Part shown: piece after piece, positions 30,976 to 41,930 of the stretch
Layout: each line of letters starts with the position of its first letter
How positions within the stretch are numbered: position 1 is the first letter of the stretch
Assembly (NCBI GenBank): GCA_049967655.1
Contig: JBMFSH010000007.1
Location: forward strand, 44,805 to 108,804
Direction of reading: 5' to 3'
Length of the DNA stretch: 64,000 bases
From: Acidobacteriota bacterium
GTDB taxonomy: Bacteria; Acidobacteriota; UBA4820; DSQY01
Made by a program: the position numbers and the translations under genes
The notes under the pieces: generated by a model
Told to the model about the DNA's origin: nothing
Databases searched by the model: none
What the model saw: only the letters and a program-made list of their open reading frames with translations

Positions 30976-32736
30976 ATGGAGCAGCTAGGACAGGACGACC
31001 CGCACAGCGGAAGGAACATGCTCTGGGCCACGCTGATCATGGCGGTGATCTTCATCGCGTGGGCGTACTTCATATCCGCGCCGCCTGCGAATGGGCCCTC
31101 GGAGGCGAAGCCGGCAGAGAAGGCCGCGGTGGTGAGCAAGCCAGAGGGGAAGGAGCCGGTTGCGGCGCCGTCGTCTATGCTGCCGGGAGGCGGTCAGCCC
31201 TTGGCGGACAGTGCTCCACGCACCTATACCGTGAGCAACGGTGAGCTTGAACTGCAGGTGAGCAACCGGGGTGCCCTGCTGAGCAAGGTGTTGCTCCTGA
31301 AGTACAGGGAAAAGGGGGGCAAGGCCAGTGATCTGGTGTCGCCCCTGTCGGCCGCTACGGGCAGGCTGCCCCTGGCAATTCAAACGGGCGACAAGACCTA
31401 CGACGAGCTCGTCAATTCGGCCCTGTTCCACGTGGAACAGAGGGAGCGGAAGGGCGGGGGGAGCTCCCTGGCCATGAGCTGGTCCGACGGCAAGGGAGAT
31501 GCGGTCGAAAAGAATCTGGACCTGCCCGCCTCCGGGTACGCGGTCCATTTCTTTATCAAGGCGTTCAAGGCCGGCACGCCGATGGATCCCGTTCCCCTGG
31601 TATGGGGCCCGGGTTTCGGGCGCCTGCTCGCGAGCGAAGCGAAGAACCGCTACTACCAGCAGGAATACGTGGGTGTTTCCGAAGGCGGGGGTTTCGAGAA
31701 GATAGTGCGGGGAAAGGTCAGCGCTGAAAAGAGCACGGCGGTGGATGAGCTGGGCGCAAAGGGGCCCATCGCGTGGGCCGCAATCACGGACAACTACTTC
31801 GGGGCGATCTTCGCTCCTGACTCCCCGATGCCGTGGGCCAAGGTGGAGACCCAATGGCTCACTCCGGAGGAGCGGAAGGTCCATCCGACGGATTCGGACA
31901 TCAGCCTCGTTGTCGGATTCCCGGGGAGCGGGAAGCTGTACCTGATCCCCAAGGAATGGCACCTGCTGTCCGGCATGGGCGACCATTTCTACAAGCTCAC
32001 CGACTGGGGAATCCTGGGGCCGTTCTGCGCGATTTTGTTGTGGGGGCTCAAGAAGCTCTACGCCCTGAGCGGGAACTACGGGATCGCCATCCTTCTGCTG
32101 ACGCTCGTGATCAAGCTGGCTTTCTACCCTCTCACCCAGCGCTCCATGGTCAAGATGAAAGAGATGGGAGAGGGCATGAAGCGGCTCAAGCCGCAGATTG
32201 ACCGGATCAAGAGCAAGTACAAGAAGCTGCCGAAGGATATGAGCAATCGCACCAAAATGAACGAGGAGATGATGGCCCTCTATCAGCGGGAGGGCATCAA
32301 CCCCCTCTCGGGCATGGGGGGATGCCTGCCCATGCTGCTGCAGATGCCGGTCTTCTTTGCCCTCTTCGAACTTCTGCCGAGAGCCATCGAGCTGAGAGGA
32401 GCCCCCTTTTTCGGCTGGATTCACGACCTGTCGTCGCCCGATCCGTACTACATCGCGCCCATCATCATGGGCTTGTCCATGGTGCTGTCAACCAGGATGA
32501 CGGCTACGCAGGGGATGGAGGGGCCGCAGAAGCTCATGCTGTGGTTCCTGCCGATCATGTTCACGTGGTTCTGTCTGTGGGCTCCCGCCGGGCTGACGCT
32601 CTACTGGCTCGCCAACAACCTTCTGACCATGGGACAGCAGGCAATCATCAACAGGCAGGTGGCGCAGAGGAAGGAGGCCGTCGCGAAGGCCAGGAAGTCG
32701 ACACCAAAGGGGCCATCGAAGCCGTCCCATGCCTGA
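30976..32736 (+). CDS. yidC: Membrane protein insertase
   Basis: Large periplasmic domain, GNYGIAI, GGCLPMLLQMP, DPYYI, GLTLYW. Confidence 0.96.
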   Translation: MEQLGQDDPHSGRNMLWATLIMAVIFIAWAYFISAPPANGPSEAKPAEKAAVVSKPEGKEPVAAPSSMLPGGGQPLADSAPRTYTVSNGELELQVSNRGALLSKVLLLKYREKGGKASDLVSPLSAATGRLPLAIQTGDKTYDELVNSALFHVEQRERKGGGSSLAMSWSDGKGDAVEKNLDLPASGYAVHFFIKAFKAGTPMDPVPLVWGPGFGRLLASEAKNRYYQQEYVGVSEGGGFEKIVRGKVSAEKSTAVDELGAKGPIAWAAITDNYFGAIFAPDSPMPWAKVETQWLTPEERKVHPTDSDISLVVGFPGSGKLYLIPKEWHLLSGMGDHFYKLTDWGILGPFCAILLWGLKKLYALSGNYGIAILLLTLVIKLAFYPLTQRSMVKMKEMGEGMKRLKPQIDRIKSKYKKLPKDMSNRTKMNEEMMALYQREGINPLSGMGGCLPMLLQMPVFFALFELLPRAIELRGAPFFGWIHDLSSPDPYYIAPIIMGLSMVLSTRMTATQGMEGPQKLMLWFLPIMFTWFCLWAPAGLTLYWLANNLLTMGQQAIINRQVAQRKEAVAKARKSTPKGPSKPSHA

Positions 32737-34066
32737 GCTGACCGATACCATCGTGGCCGAGGCCACTCCTCCCGGACGGGGCTCCGTACGGGTGATCCGA
32801 ATCAGCGGTTCCGCGGCGGCCGCCCTCCTTGGGGCGGCCTTCGTGGCTTCGGGGGTGGGGCCGGTGGAGAGGCCGAGACGCCTCTGCCTCGGGAGTCTGT
32901 TGACGGCCTCGGGCGAGGTGCTGGACCGTGCTCTGGCCGTGTGGTTCCCGGGCCCGCGCTCCCTAACCGGAGAGGATGTGGCCGAGATCCACGTGCATGG
33001 TGGTAAGGGGATCGTGCGCGGTGGGTTGGAGTGCCTTGAAAGGTTCGGCGGGCGCATGGCTCTTCCCGGTGAGTTCTCCTATCGCGCCTACCTGAACGGG
33101 AAGCTCTCACTGCTAGAGGCGGAGGCCGTCAACGCGCTCGTGGAGGCAGAGGGCGCAGCGCAGGCCGTGCGCATCGGCGGCTTGAGCGGTCGACTCGGCG
33201 AGGAGCTAGCCAGGCTGCGATCGGAACTGCTCTGCCTCAGGGCCGATTGGGAGGCGCGCATTGATTTTCCGGAAGAGACGGAAGAGGGCGGCCCCGATCG
33301 AAAGCAAGTGGAGCCATTGCTGGAGAAGCTGTCGCGTTTGGAGGCGGATGGCAGGGCCGTAAGGTTCCTGAGAGAGGGATGGCGGATAGCGCTGGTGGGC
33401 CGGGTCAATACCGGGAAGTCCTCGCTTTTCAATGCCCTCCTCAAGAGGGATCGGGCCCTGGTAACGCCGCATCCCGGTACGACGCGAGACGTAATTGAAG
33501 AATCGATCGAAGTGGGAGGATACGCGCTGGTCCTGCAGGATACCGCCGGGGTTCGCGCGGCCTGTGATCCTGTGGAGGCAGCCGGAGTGGAACGAAGCCG
33601 CGAGACGGCCGGGCAGGCTGACGGGACGCTCTTTGTCTACGACGCTGCCGAGGGATGGAACTCCGAGGATGAAGGCCTTCTCGCTGAGTTAGAAAGGCCA
33701 CCGCTAGCCATTCTTGCGAACAAGCGAGACCTACCGGAGAGCGGACGGCGCCGCGAGGGAGCCCTCAGGGTCAGCGCGAAGACGGGCGAGGGGCTGAAAG
33801 AGGTGCGCGATCTCCTCGAGAGCTGGATGGAGCGGTCCCTGCCTCGAGGCATCGCGGCGCTCGTCAGCGAACGCCAGGTGGAGGCCGTTCGGAGGGCCGC
33901 CGATGGCTGCCGGGAGGCCATGCAAGCGTTGGAGGCCGGCCATTCCGAAGAGGTGGCCCTGCAGGAGCTGGGACGCGCCCAGCGCGCCATGGATGATTTG
34001 CTGGGCGGTGGCGGCGCCGAAGAGTTGTACGACGCCATCTTTTCCCGATTTTGCATAGGGAAGTAG
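32729..34066 (+). CDS. mnmE: tRNA modification GTPase
   Basis: TGEDVAEIHVHG, GRVNTGKSS, GTTRD, DTAG, NKRD, C-terminal FCIGK. Confidence 0.95.
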   Translation: MPELTDTIVAEATPPGRGSVRVIRISGSAAAALLGAAFVASGVGPVERPRRLCLGSLLTASGEVLDRALAVWFPGPRSLTGEDVAEIHVHGGKGIVRGGLECLERFGGRMALPGEFSYRAYLNGKLSLLEAEAVNALVEAEGAAQAVRIGGLSGRLGEELARLRSELLCLRADWEARIDFPEETEEGGPDRKQVEPLLEKLSRLEADGRAVRFLREGWRIALVGRVNTGKSSLFNALLKRDRALVTPHPGTTRDVIEESIEVGGYALVLQDTAGVRAACDPVEAAGVERSRETAGQADGTLFVYDAAEGWNSEDEGLLAELERPPLAILANKRDLPESGRRREGALRVSAKTGEGLKEVRDLLESWMERSLPRGIAALVSERQVEAVRRAADGCREAMQALEAGHSEEVALQELGRAQRAMDDLLGGGGAEELYDAIFSRFCIGK

Positions 34067-34210
34067 TTTTCCCCGATCCCGCGATGGATCGGGGGGCAAG
34101 GGAATGGCCCTCCCCGTCCAGGAGACAACGCCGTTCCCCGGTGAACGCGAGCGGTAGCCGGAGGCACCTACGTTTCCATCGCGGAATGTGGGGTTTTGGG
34201 AGAGTGGGCC

Positions 34211-36061
34211 GTGGGCGGAACGCTTGGATTCGAAGCGACTGTGGTTGGCGGGGGGCACGCGGGCGTTGAGGCCGCCTCGGTTCTGGCCAGGAAGGGCGTG
34301 GCCACCGCGCTGGTGACCGATTCGTTGGACTCCATCGCGCTGATGTCCTGCAATCCCTCCATCGGCGGCATCGGTAAGGGGCACCTCGTGCGGGAGCTGG
34401 ACGCTCTGGGCGGGCTCATGGCGAAAGCGGCCGACGCTACGGGAATTCATTTCCGGCTCCTCAATGCGAGCAAAGGTCCGGCCGTACAGGGACTCAGGAG
34501 CCAGAACGACAGGCGGGCCTACCAGCGGGAAGTGAGGCGCATGCTGGAGGGAACGCCCCATCTCACTCTGATCGAGGGCCGCGCCGTCGAACTGCAAGTG
34601 GAGAGGGGCTCCGTGACAGGGGTTGGGCTCGCAGACGGGCGCTGGCTGGAATGCACCAAAATCGTGCTGTGCGCGGGTACCTTCCTGAACGCCGTCATGC
34701 ACGCGGGCCGGGAACGCATCGCGGGAGGACGGTTGGGAGAGTTTTCGGCGGAAGCCCTGGCAAAGACCCTCGCGCGAATCGGACTCGCCATGCGGCGCTT
34801 CAAGACGGGGACGCCGCCGCGACTGGCGAGGGGTTCCATTCGGTGGGAGGCTCTGGAGGGCCAGGCGGGGGATGCTGAGCCTGAACCCTTTTCGATTCAC
34901 AGTTCGCCCTTTCCGGTTCTGCCGCAGCGCGTATGCCACGTGACCCGAACCACTGCGGAGGTGGCTCGGATCATTCGTGCCAACCTAGACCGTTCTCCCC
35001 TCTTCTCCGGCGTCATCAAGGGCGCGGGACCGCGCTATTGCCCATCCATCGAGGACAAGATAGTAAAATTTCCCCACCACGAGAGCCATCTCGTTTTTCT
35101 TGAGCCGGACGGGGTCGATTCGGACGAGATATACCCGAACGGAATATCTACATCGCTGCCGAAGGACGTCCAGGAAGCCATCGTGCGCGCCATCCCGGGC
35201 CTGGAGAGAGCCGTGTTCCTGCGGTACGGCTATGCCGTGGAGTACGATTTCATGGACCCCGGTGGGCTCTACCCGACGCTGGAATCCAAGGCGGTGCGCG
35301 GCCTCTACCTCGCCGGCCAGGTCAATGGCACCACCGGTTACGAAGAGGCGGCGGCCCAGGGCTTCTGGGCCGGGTTGAACGCGGCAAGGGCTCTGCGCCG
35401 GGAGCCCCCCTTCCTGCCCGGCCGTGACCAGGCGTACGCCGCGGTTCTCGTGGATGATCTGGTGACGAGGGGAGTGCTCGAGCCCTACCGGATGTTCACG
35501 TCGAGGGCCGAATGTCGACTCTTGCTGGATCGCCACAGCGCCTATCGCAGGCTAAGCCCGCTCACGGAGGGCGACCGCCTTCGCAGCCCCGAGGAGGAGG
35601 AGCGCATCCGGGCGCGCGAACGCGCGGTGGGAATGCTCCTGGAGCACGTGTCGCGGCACAGCGTGATGATGGGCGGCGAGGCCGTCAGCTTGAAACGCCT
35701 TCTGGCCAGACCTGAAACGAGCTATCGCGATCTGTTCCCCTTTCTTGAGCGGGTTGAACGGCCCTCAAGGTCGGTCGGTCTCTACCTGGAGTCGGAGGTC
35801 AAGGGAGAGGGCTACCGGGAGCGCGAGCAGGCGCTGGCGCGGAGGACGCGGGATGCATTCGCCATGCGGATTCCGGAGCACTTCCGATACGAAGGGGTCC
35901 CGGGGCTGAGCGCGGAGATGGTCGACCGCCTGAGAGCGGTGGCGCCGCGAACGCTGGCGCAGGCGGCCCGGATTCCCGGAGTTACGCCGGCGGCGCTGAC
36001 GATCGTGCGCCTGACGGTGGAAGCGGCGCGAAGGGAGGCGCGTGACCGATCGGCTGGATGA
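34211..36061 (+). CDS. mnmG: tRNA uridine 5-carboxymethylaminomethyl modification enzyme
   Basis: [49 protein letters not shown]; start approximate. Confidence 0.96.
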   Translation: MGGTLGFEATVVGGGHAGVEAASVLARKGVATALVTDSLDSIALMSCNPSIGGIGKGHLVRELDALGGLMAKAADATGIHFRLLNASKGPAVQGLRSQNDRRAYQREVRRMLEGTPHLTLIEGRAVELQVERGSVTGVGLADGRWLECTKIVLCAGTFLNAVMHAGRERIAGGRLGEFSAEALAKTLARIGLAMRRFKTGTPPRLARGSIRWEALEGQAGDAEPEPFSIHSSPFPVLPQRVCHVTRTTAEVARIIRANLDRSPLFSGVIKGAGPRYCPSIEDKIVKFPHHESHLVFLEPDGVDSDEIYPNGISTSLPKDVQEAIVRAIPGLERAVFLRYGYAVEYDFMDPGGLYPTLESKAVRGLYLAGQVNGTTGYEEAAAQGFWAGLNAARALRREPPFLPGRDQAYAAVLVDDLVTRGVLEPYRMFTSRAECRLLLDRHSAYRRLSPLTEGDRLRSPEEEERIRARERAVGMLLEHVSRHSVMMGGEAVSLKRLLARPETSYRDLFPFLERVERPSRSVGLYLESEVKGEGYREREQALARRTRDAFAMRIPEHFRYEGVPGLSAEMVDRLRAVAPRTLAQAARIPGVTPAALTIVRLTVEAARREARDRSAG

Positions 36062-36629
36062 GTACCTGAGACTCCTGCTGAAGTGGAACCGGCCTGCGGG
36101 GCTGACCGCCTTCGAAAACCGGGAAGAGGCGCTGGCCAAGGGTGTGATTCCCTCTCTGGCGGCCGAACCGTGGCTACGAGCGGGGTGGAGGGTGATCGAC
36201 GCCGGAAGCGGGGGAGGCTTTCCCGCCATCCCGCTGGCGCTGAAACGCCCTGATCTGCGTTGGACCCTGGTGGAGCCCAAGGCGGCCAAAGCCGCCTTTC
36301 TGCGGGAGGCGGCACGGCATCTGGGATTGGAAGCCGAGGTCATTGAGGCCTCCTTGGAGGCGCTGCTGGCTGGAAAACAGCGGCGATGGGACGCCGCAAC
36401 GATGCGCGGCTTGCGACTGCGGAAAGGCCCGCTCAAGCGGCTCGTGCGGGCCTTGACGCCGGGTGGGCGCATCCTGGTGTGGAGCGCGGGTGACAGGGCG
36501 AGCGAGTACCAGCTATGGTTCGAGGAGTTCGGCCTGGCCGGCAAGACCCTCCCCACGGGCCAGCAGGGGCTGGTGCTTCTATCCGGCGATGTTCCACGTG
36601 GAACACCCGAAGCGCCGCCCATGAGGTGA
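36042..36629 (+). CDS. rsmG: 16S rRNA m7G527 methyltransferase
   Basis: [18 protein letters not shown]; position after mnmG. Confidence 0.88.
   Translation: MTDRLDEYLRLLLKWNRPAGLTAFENREEALAKGVIPSLAAEPWLRAGWRVIDAGSGGGFPAIPLALKRPDLRWTLVEPKAAKAAFLREAARHLGLEAEVIEASLEALLAGKQRRWDAATMRGLRLRKGPLKRLVRALTPGGRILVWSAGDRASEYQLWFEEFGLAGKTLPTGQQGLVLLSGDVPRGTPEAPPMR
36590..36605. promoter_or_regulatory. parS: parS centromere-like site
   Basis: Perfect palindrome TGTTCCACGTGGAACA just upstream of parA. Confidence 0.92.
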
Positions 36630-36722
36630 CGGCCCGCCAGGGGCCGGCCCAGGGCGCGCGCTACCCGTCGAGGCGTTGAGCCCGACCCCGCGATGTGGTA
36701 CAAACGGGTAGGAGGATACCCC

Positions 36723-37487
36723 GTGGGCCAGATCATCGCTGTAGCCAACCAAAAAGGCGGAGTCGGCAAGACCACCACCGTCATCAATCTGGGCGCTTCC
36801 CTGGCCGCCGCCGAGAAGCGGGTGCTGTTGGTGGATTTCGACCCGCAGGCCAACTGCACCTCGGGTCTTGGGTTCTCCAGGAACGGAACGGTGGCCAACG
36901 CGTACACCGTGCTCTCGGGCAACCACCCGCTGGCCGAAGCCATAGTGACCTGCGGGCTGCCGAACCTGTGGCTCCTGCCCGGGGCGATCGCGCTGGCCGG
37001 CGCGGAGGTGGAACTCGCCTCCATGGAGGATCGCGAGTTCGTGCTGCGGAGGCTCCTAGAGCCACTTCGCGACGAGTACGATTACCTTCTCGTGGATTGC
37101 CCTCCGTCCCTCGGCCTGCTCACCCTGAACGCGCTGGTGGCAGCCGATCAAGTGCTGATTCCCATCCAGGCCGAGTACTACGCCCTGGAGGGCGTAACCC
37201 AGCTCCTCCAGACCATTGAGCGGGTCCAGAATTCCCTGAACCCGACCCTGGGGGTGCGAGGCGTTCTCCTGACCATGGTGGACGAGCGCACCAACCTCGG
37301 ACGGCAGGTGTCCAGCGAGGTCCAGCGTCACTTTGGCCGCAAGGTCTACCAGAGCTACATCCCCCGAAACGTCCGCCTCGCCGAGTCCCCCTCTTTCGGC
37401 AAGCCGGTCATCCTGTATGACATTGCCTCGCGAGGAGCGCAGAGCTACCTTCGGGTGGCCAAGGAGTTTCTGGCCCATGAATCCTAA
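36723..37487 (+). CDS. parA: Chromosome partitioning ATPase ParA/Soj
   Basis: NQKGGVGKTT, DPQAN, DCPPSLG, IPRNVRLAESPS. Confidence 0.96.
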   Translation: MGQIIAVANQKGGVGKTTTVINLGASLAAAEKRVLLVDFDPQANCTSGLGFSRNGTVANAYTVLSGNHPLAEAIVTCGLPNLWLLPGAIALAGAEVELASMEDREFVLRRLLEPLRDEYDYLLVDCPPSLGLLTLNALVAADQVLIPIQAEYYALEGVTQLLQTIERVQNSLNPTLGVRGVLLTMVDERTNLGRQVSSEVQRHFGRKVYQSYIPRNVRLAESPSFGKPVILYDIASRGAQSYLRVAKEFLAHES

Positions 37488-38325
37488 GAATGCCTTGGGG
37501 CGGGGCCTGGACGCCCTCATCGGACCTTCCGGTCCGGAGCCGCGTCGGGTGCTGGAGGTGGAGATCCACCGCCTCCGTCCCAACCCCCGCCAGCCCAGGG
37601 CCCACTTCGAGGAGGGGGCGCTCGAGGAGCTGGCGCGCTCCATCGAGGCGAACGGGCTCCTCCAGCCCATCCTCGTGCGCCCAGCGGGCGGCGAGTATGA
37701 AATCATCGCGGGGGAGCGGCGCTGGAGGGCCGCGCAGAAGGCGGGCCTGCAGCGCGTCCCCGTGCTCGTCAAAGAGGCCGTCGATGAAGAGATGGTGGAG
37801 CTGGCCCTCGTGGAAAACCTCCAGAGGGCCGACCTCAACCCGGTCGAGGAGGCCAGGGCCTACAAGCTGCTGATTGAGGAGCTGGGACTCAAGCAGGAGG
37901 AGGTGGCCCGAAAGGTGGGGAAGGAGAGGGCCACCGTGGCCAACGCGCTACGGCTCCTCACCCTAGGTGAGACGGCCCTGCGGGCGCTCGAGGGGGGAGT
38001 GATCTCGGTGGGGCACGCCAAGGCGCTTCTGGCCCAGAGACGCCGGGAAGACCAGGAGGCCCTCCTTTCGCTCATCTTGAGCAAGGGGATCTCCGTGAGG
38101 GAGGCCGAAGCCTACCGGAAGGGGGCCAAGGAGTCGCGCAGGAAAGGTTCGCAACCGGACGCGGACACGCTGGAGGCCGCCGCCAAGCTCACCCGGCTTA
38201 TGGGCTTCCCGGTGGAAATCCGCCGGAGAGGGAAGGGCGGAGAGGTAGCGGTGAGGTTCAGGGACGAGGGGGAACTCCAGACCCTCTTCGACTGGTTCCA
38301 CGCCGATCTCAGGAGGACCGGATGA
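37477..38325 (+). CDS. parB: Chromosome partitioning CTPase ParB/Spo0J
   Basis: LGRGLDAL, QPR, AGERRWRA, ENLQRADL, HTH. Confidence 0.96.
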   Translation: MNPKNALGRGLDALIGPSGPEPRRVLEVEIHRLRPNPRQPRAHFEEGALEELARSIEANGLLQPILVRPAGGEYEIIAGERRWRAAQKAGLQRVPVLVKEAVDEEMVELALVENLQRADLNPVEEARAYKLLIEELGLKQEEVARKVGKERATVANALRLLTLGETALRALEGGVISVGHAKALLAQRRREDQEALLSLILSKGISVREAEAYRKGAKESRRKGSQPDADTLEAAAKLTRLMGFPVEIRRRGKGGEVAVRFRDEGELQTLFDWFHADLRRTG

Positions 38326-38720
38326 TCTCAAAGAGGCCTGCGGATGTGGTCCAGGTCGGTGGCATGCTGGGCGAGGGCGTTACCGTTGAAGGCGTCTTGT
38401 CCTTCACCCAGACCTTCCGGGTGGATGGGGAGTTCAAAGGGAAAATCCTTCGTTCGGACCGGCTCGTGATCGGTGAAAAGGGGAAGGTCTCCGGGGAGGT
38501 GGAGGTCAACGCGTTGGTGGTCTACGGGCGCGCGGAGGGCACCCTCCGGGTGAAGGGCGCCGTCGAGGTCCATCCGAAGGCCTGCATCGTGGGTGATTTG
38601 GAGATGACCACGCCCGCGCTCACGGTCCTGGAGGGCGGCGTCATCGAGGGGACCTTGAAGATGGCCGGCAGGACCGAGGCCCCAGCGGCGCCCGTGAAGC
38701 AGATCAACAGCAAGGCGTGA
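38322..38720 (+). CDS. Bactofilin (polymer-forming cytoskeletal protein)
   Basis: RVDGEFKGKI...VIGEKGKVSGEV...VLEGGVIEG beta-helix repeats. Confidence 0.88.
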   Translation: MISKRPADVVQVGGMLGEGVTVEGVLSFTQTFRVDGEFKGKILRSDRLVIGEKGKVSGEVEVNALVVYGRAEGTLRVKGAVEVHPKACIVGDLEMTTPALTVLEGGVIEGTLKMAGRTEAPAAPVKQINSKA

Positions 38721-38777
38721 ATGGGCCGGCCAACGCGGAAGGCGACAGGAGATGGGAACCGTAGGGGGCCCCGAAAA

Positions 38778-40043
38778 ATGAGCAACCCCTTGGACCGATA
38801 CGCGGAGAGGCGTAAGCGTTTCGCCGCCACCATGGCTCGGGATTCGGGGGGGCGGCCCTCCGCCGCACTCCTGCTAGCCGGGGAGGAAACCGGGCTGAAG
38901 AGGTTCGAGCCCGATCCCAACTTCTTTTACCTCACGGGCGTGGAGACATCACGGGCGGCGCTGCTCATGACCACCGGCCAGCCCAAGCCCTCCGACATCC
39001 TTCTGCTCCCCGCCTCCGATCCCGCCAAGGAGCGCTGGACCGGCAGGGTGCTGAGCGCAGGCGGGCTCACGTCCGCCGCACAGCCCGATCCGGAGCGGTT
39101 GGAGTCTAGCCGCCTGACCGGCCATCCCAATATTGCGGCCTACCACGAGTTGGACGAGGCCCTCTTGCGTCCCCTCAGGGATGCCGAGTTCCTCTACCTG
39201 GACTGCCCCGAAGAGGCCCTTCAGGCCCCCCTGGGAGTGTCCCAGCTTCTGGCCCAGCGCCTGAGGAGGCACTACCCGCACCTCCAGATACGGCACGCTG
39301 GCCGGCTGGTGGCCCAGCTTCGAAGGGTCAAGGACGATCACGAGCTGGCCCTCATGCGGCAGGCCATGGACATCACGGCGAAGGCACACGCGGCGATCAT
39401 GGGCCACCTGCGGCCGGGCCAGTTCGAGTACGAGATTCAGGCCCTGGTGGAGTACGTTTTTACCGCCTCCGGGGCCCAGTCCCCGGCGTTTCCCAGCATC
39501 ATCGGGTCGGGTCCCTATTCCTGCACGCTCCACTACGAGCGCAACCGGCGCCAGATGAAGGCGGGTGACCTGGTGGTCTGCGACATCGGCTGCCGGAAGG
39601 ACTACTACTGCGCCGACGTGACGAGGACCTATCCGGTTTCCGGACGGTTCACCCCCAGGCAGCGGGAGGTCTACGAGGTGGTCCTCGGGGCCCACCGGGC
39701 CGCCGTAAAGGCCGCCAAGCCAGGGGCATACGTGCGGGAAGTGCACGCGGCGGCCGTGGATCACATCACTCGCGCGGGGTACGCCCCCTACTTCTTCCAT
39801 GGAACCAGCCATTATCTGGGCCTGGAGGCGCACGATCCAGGCAACTACGAGAAACCCCTTGAAGCTGGCGTGGTCATCACGATCGAACCGGGAATCTATA
39901 TCGCCAGCGAGGAGTTGGGCGTAAGGATCGAGAACGATCTCCTCATCACCGAGACCGGTTCCACCATCATGAGCGACATTCCGATGGAAGTCAATGATAT
40001 TGAAGGACTTCTTCTAGCCCCAAGGCGGGACTTCCTTCTCTAG
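38778..40043 (+). CDS. pepP: Xaa-Pro aminopeptidase (M24B)
   Basis: NFFYLTG, LHY, CDIG, ADVTRT, HGTSHYLGLEAHD, TIEPGIY, GVRIEND. Confidence 0.88.
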   Translation: MSNPLDRYAERRKRFAATMARDSGGRPSAALLLAGEETGLKRFEPDPNFFYLTGVETSRAALLMTTGQPKPSDILLLPASDPAKERWTGRVLSAGGLTSAAQPDPERLESSRLTGHPNIAAYHELDEALLRPLRDAEFLYLDCPEEALQAPLGVSQLLAQRLRRHYPHLQIRHAGRLVAQLRRVKDDHELALMRQAMDITAKAHAAIMGHLRPGQFEYEIQALVEYVFTASGAQSPAFPSIIGSGPYSCTLHYERNRRQMKAGDLVVCDIGCRKDYYCADVTRTYPVSGRFTPRQREVYEVVLGAHRAAVKAAKPGAYVREVHAAAVDHITRAGYAPYFFHGTSHYLGLEAHDPGNYEKPLEAGVVITIEPGIYIASEELGVRIENDLLITETGSTIMSDIPMEVNDIEGLLLAPRRDFLL

Positions 40044-40056
40044 CCCCATTCCCCTG

Positions 40057-41883
40057 TCACTCGACCGTCACGCTCTTCGCCAGGTTCCTGGGCTGATCCA
40101 CATCGCATCCCCTCGTGACGGCGATGTGGTAGGCCAGAAGCTGGAGAGGAACAACGGTCAGGACGGGCATTAGAAGAGCGGGCGCGGAGGGGAGCAGGAA
40201 GACCTCGTCAGCCACCTCGCGGATCTTCTGGTCCGCCTCGTTGCACAGCGCGATCACCTTGCCGTCCCTGGCCTTAACCTCTTCGAGGTTGGAAACCAGT
40301 TTCTCGTACACCTCGTCCCGCGGCGCCACGGCCACCACCGGCAGGTTCTCGTCGATCAGCGCGATGGGGCCGTGCTTCATCTCCCCAGAGGGATATCCCT
40401 CCGCGTGGATGTACGAGATCTCCTTGAGTTTGAGCGCCCCCTCCAGCGCGATGGGGTACTGGATCCCCCGGCCCAGGTAGAGAAAGTCCCTGAACCGGTG
40501 GTACCGGCGGGCCACCTCTTCGATTTGTGGCTCCAGCGCCAGCACCTGCTCCACGAGGCCGGAAAGGTGAGCCAGCGCCAGCAGGTGATTGGCGGATGCC
40601 CCCTCCGGGAGAGTGCCGCGCGTCTGTCCCAGGTAGAGGGCCAAGAGGTTCAAGGCCACAAGCTGGGTGGTGAAGGCCTTCGTTGAGGCGACGCTGATTT
40701 CCGGTCCCGCGTGGGTGTAGAGGGTGCCCTCGGCCTCACGGGTGATCATGCTGCCCACCACGTTGCAGATGGCAGCGGTGTGGGCGCCCTTGCCCCTGGC
40801 CTCCCTCAAGGCCGCCAGGGTGTCGGCCGTTTCTCCCGACTGCGAGATGAAGACGCACAGGGTGTGCTCGTCCACCATGGGATCCCGGTATCTGAACTCG
40901 GAGCTGTAATCCACCTCCGCGTGAAGGCGGGCCAGCCGCTCGATCATGTATCGTCCGCAGAGCGAAGCGTGCCAAGAGGTCCCGCAAGCCACCACGACCA
41001 CCTGGTTCAGAGAACGAACGACCTCCGCGGGCAGGTTGAGTTCGTCAATGAACACCTGGCTTCGGTCGAGGGAGTACCGCCCCACCAGCGTGTCCTGTAT
41101 GGCCCTCGGCTGCTCGAAGATCTCCTTCTGCATGAAATGCTTGAAGCCGGACTTTTCGGCCTGGATGGGATCCCACGTGATCCGGGTGGCGGCCTTGGTC
41201 TTCATCTTCCCCTGGAAGTCGCTGAACTGCACGCTGTCGCGCGAGACGACGGCGATCTCCCCGTCATCCAGAAAGATCATGTCTCGGGTGTGGTGGAGAA
41301 TGGCGGGAATGTCGCTGGCGATGAAATTCTCGCCGCGTCCGAGGCCCACCACGAGAGGCGGTCCCATGCGGGCAACGACGATCCTTCCGGGATCTCGCGT
41401 GTCCAAGGCGGCCAGCGCGAAAATTCCGCTGAGCCGGCGGCAGACCGACCGCATGGCGGTTTCGAGGTCTCCCTCCTCCTCTTCCACCATATGGGCCACG
41501 ATCTCCGTGTCCGTCTCTGTCCGGAATCGGTGGCCCCTCCCCTTCAGCTCCTCCTTGAGGGAGAGGTAGTTTTCGATGATGCCGTTGTGGACGACGACGA
41601 CCTGGCCGCGGCAATCGGTGTGCGGGTGAGCATTCTCCTCCGTCGGACGGCCGTGCGTGGCCCAGCGGGTGTGTCCAAGCCCGTACTCCCCGGTGATCGG
41701 CTTCAGGCGAAGCTTCTCTTCCAGTTTGACGATCTTGCCCGCGGCGCGCTCGGTGTAGAGCACGCCGTTCTTGACCACGGCCACGCCCGCCGAATCATAT
41801 CCCCGGTATTCCAAGCGCTTAAGCCCCTCCATGAGGATGGGCACGGGATCCTTAGCCCCTATGTAACCGACGATTCCGCACAT
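40057..41883 (-). CDS. glmS: Glutamine--fructose-6-phosphate transaminase (isomerizing)
   Basis: [41 protein letters not shown]. Confidence 0.99.
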   Translation of the reverse strand: MCGIVGYIGAKDPVPILMEGLKRLEYRGYDSAGVAVVKNGVLYTERAAGKIVKLEEKLRLKPITGEYGLGHTRWATHGRPTEENAHPHTDCRGQVVVVHNGIIENYLSLKEELKGRGHRFRTETDTEIVAHMVEEEEGDLETAMRSVCRRLSGIFALAALDTRDPGRIVVARMGPPLVVGLGRGENFIASDIPAILHHTRDMIFLDDGEIAVVSRDSVQFSDFQGKMKTKAATRITWDPIQAEKSGFKHFMQKEIFEQPRAIQDTLVGRYSLDRSQVFIDELNLPAEVVRSLNQVVVVACGTSWHASLCGRYMIERLARLHAEVDYSSEFRYRDPMVDEHTLCVFISQSGETADTLAALREARGKGAHTAAICNVVGSMITREAEGTLYTHAGPEISVASTKAFTTQLVALNLLALYLGQTRGTLPEGASANHLLALAHLSGLVEQVLALEPQIEEVARRYHRFRDFLYLGRGIQYPIALEGALKLKEISYIHAEGYPSGEMKHGPIALIDENLPVVAVAPRDEVYEKLVSNLEEVKARDGKVIALCNEADQKIREVADEVFLLPSAPALLMPVLTVVPLQLLAYHIAVTRGCDVDQPRNLAKSVTVE

Positions 41884-41930
41884 GCGCGCCTCCGGTGGCG
41901 ATTATATACCTGGCCCATCGAAACGGGCCG

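Noticed and set aside
34067..34210. mnmE-mnmG gap as oriC or a terminator
   Set aside because: GC-rich, no DnaA boxes; the CCCCGATCC/GGATCGGGG hairpin has no following U-tract
41884..41930. glmS ribozyme
   Set aside because: Only 47 nt between glmU and glmS, and no ribozyme core
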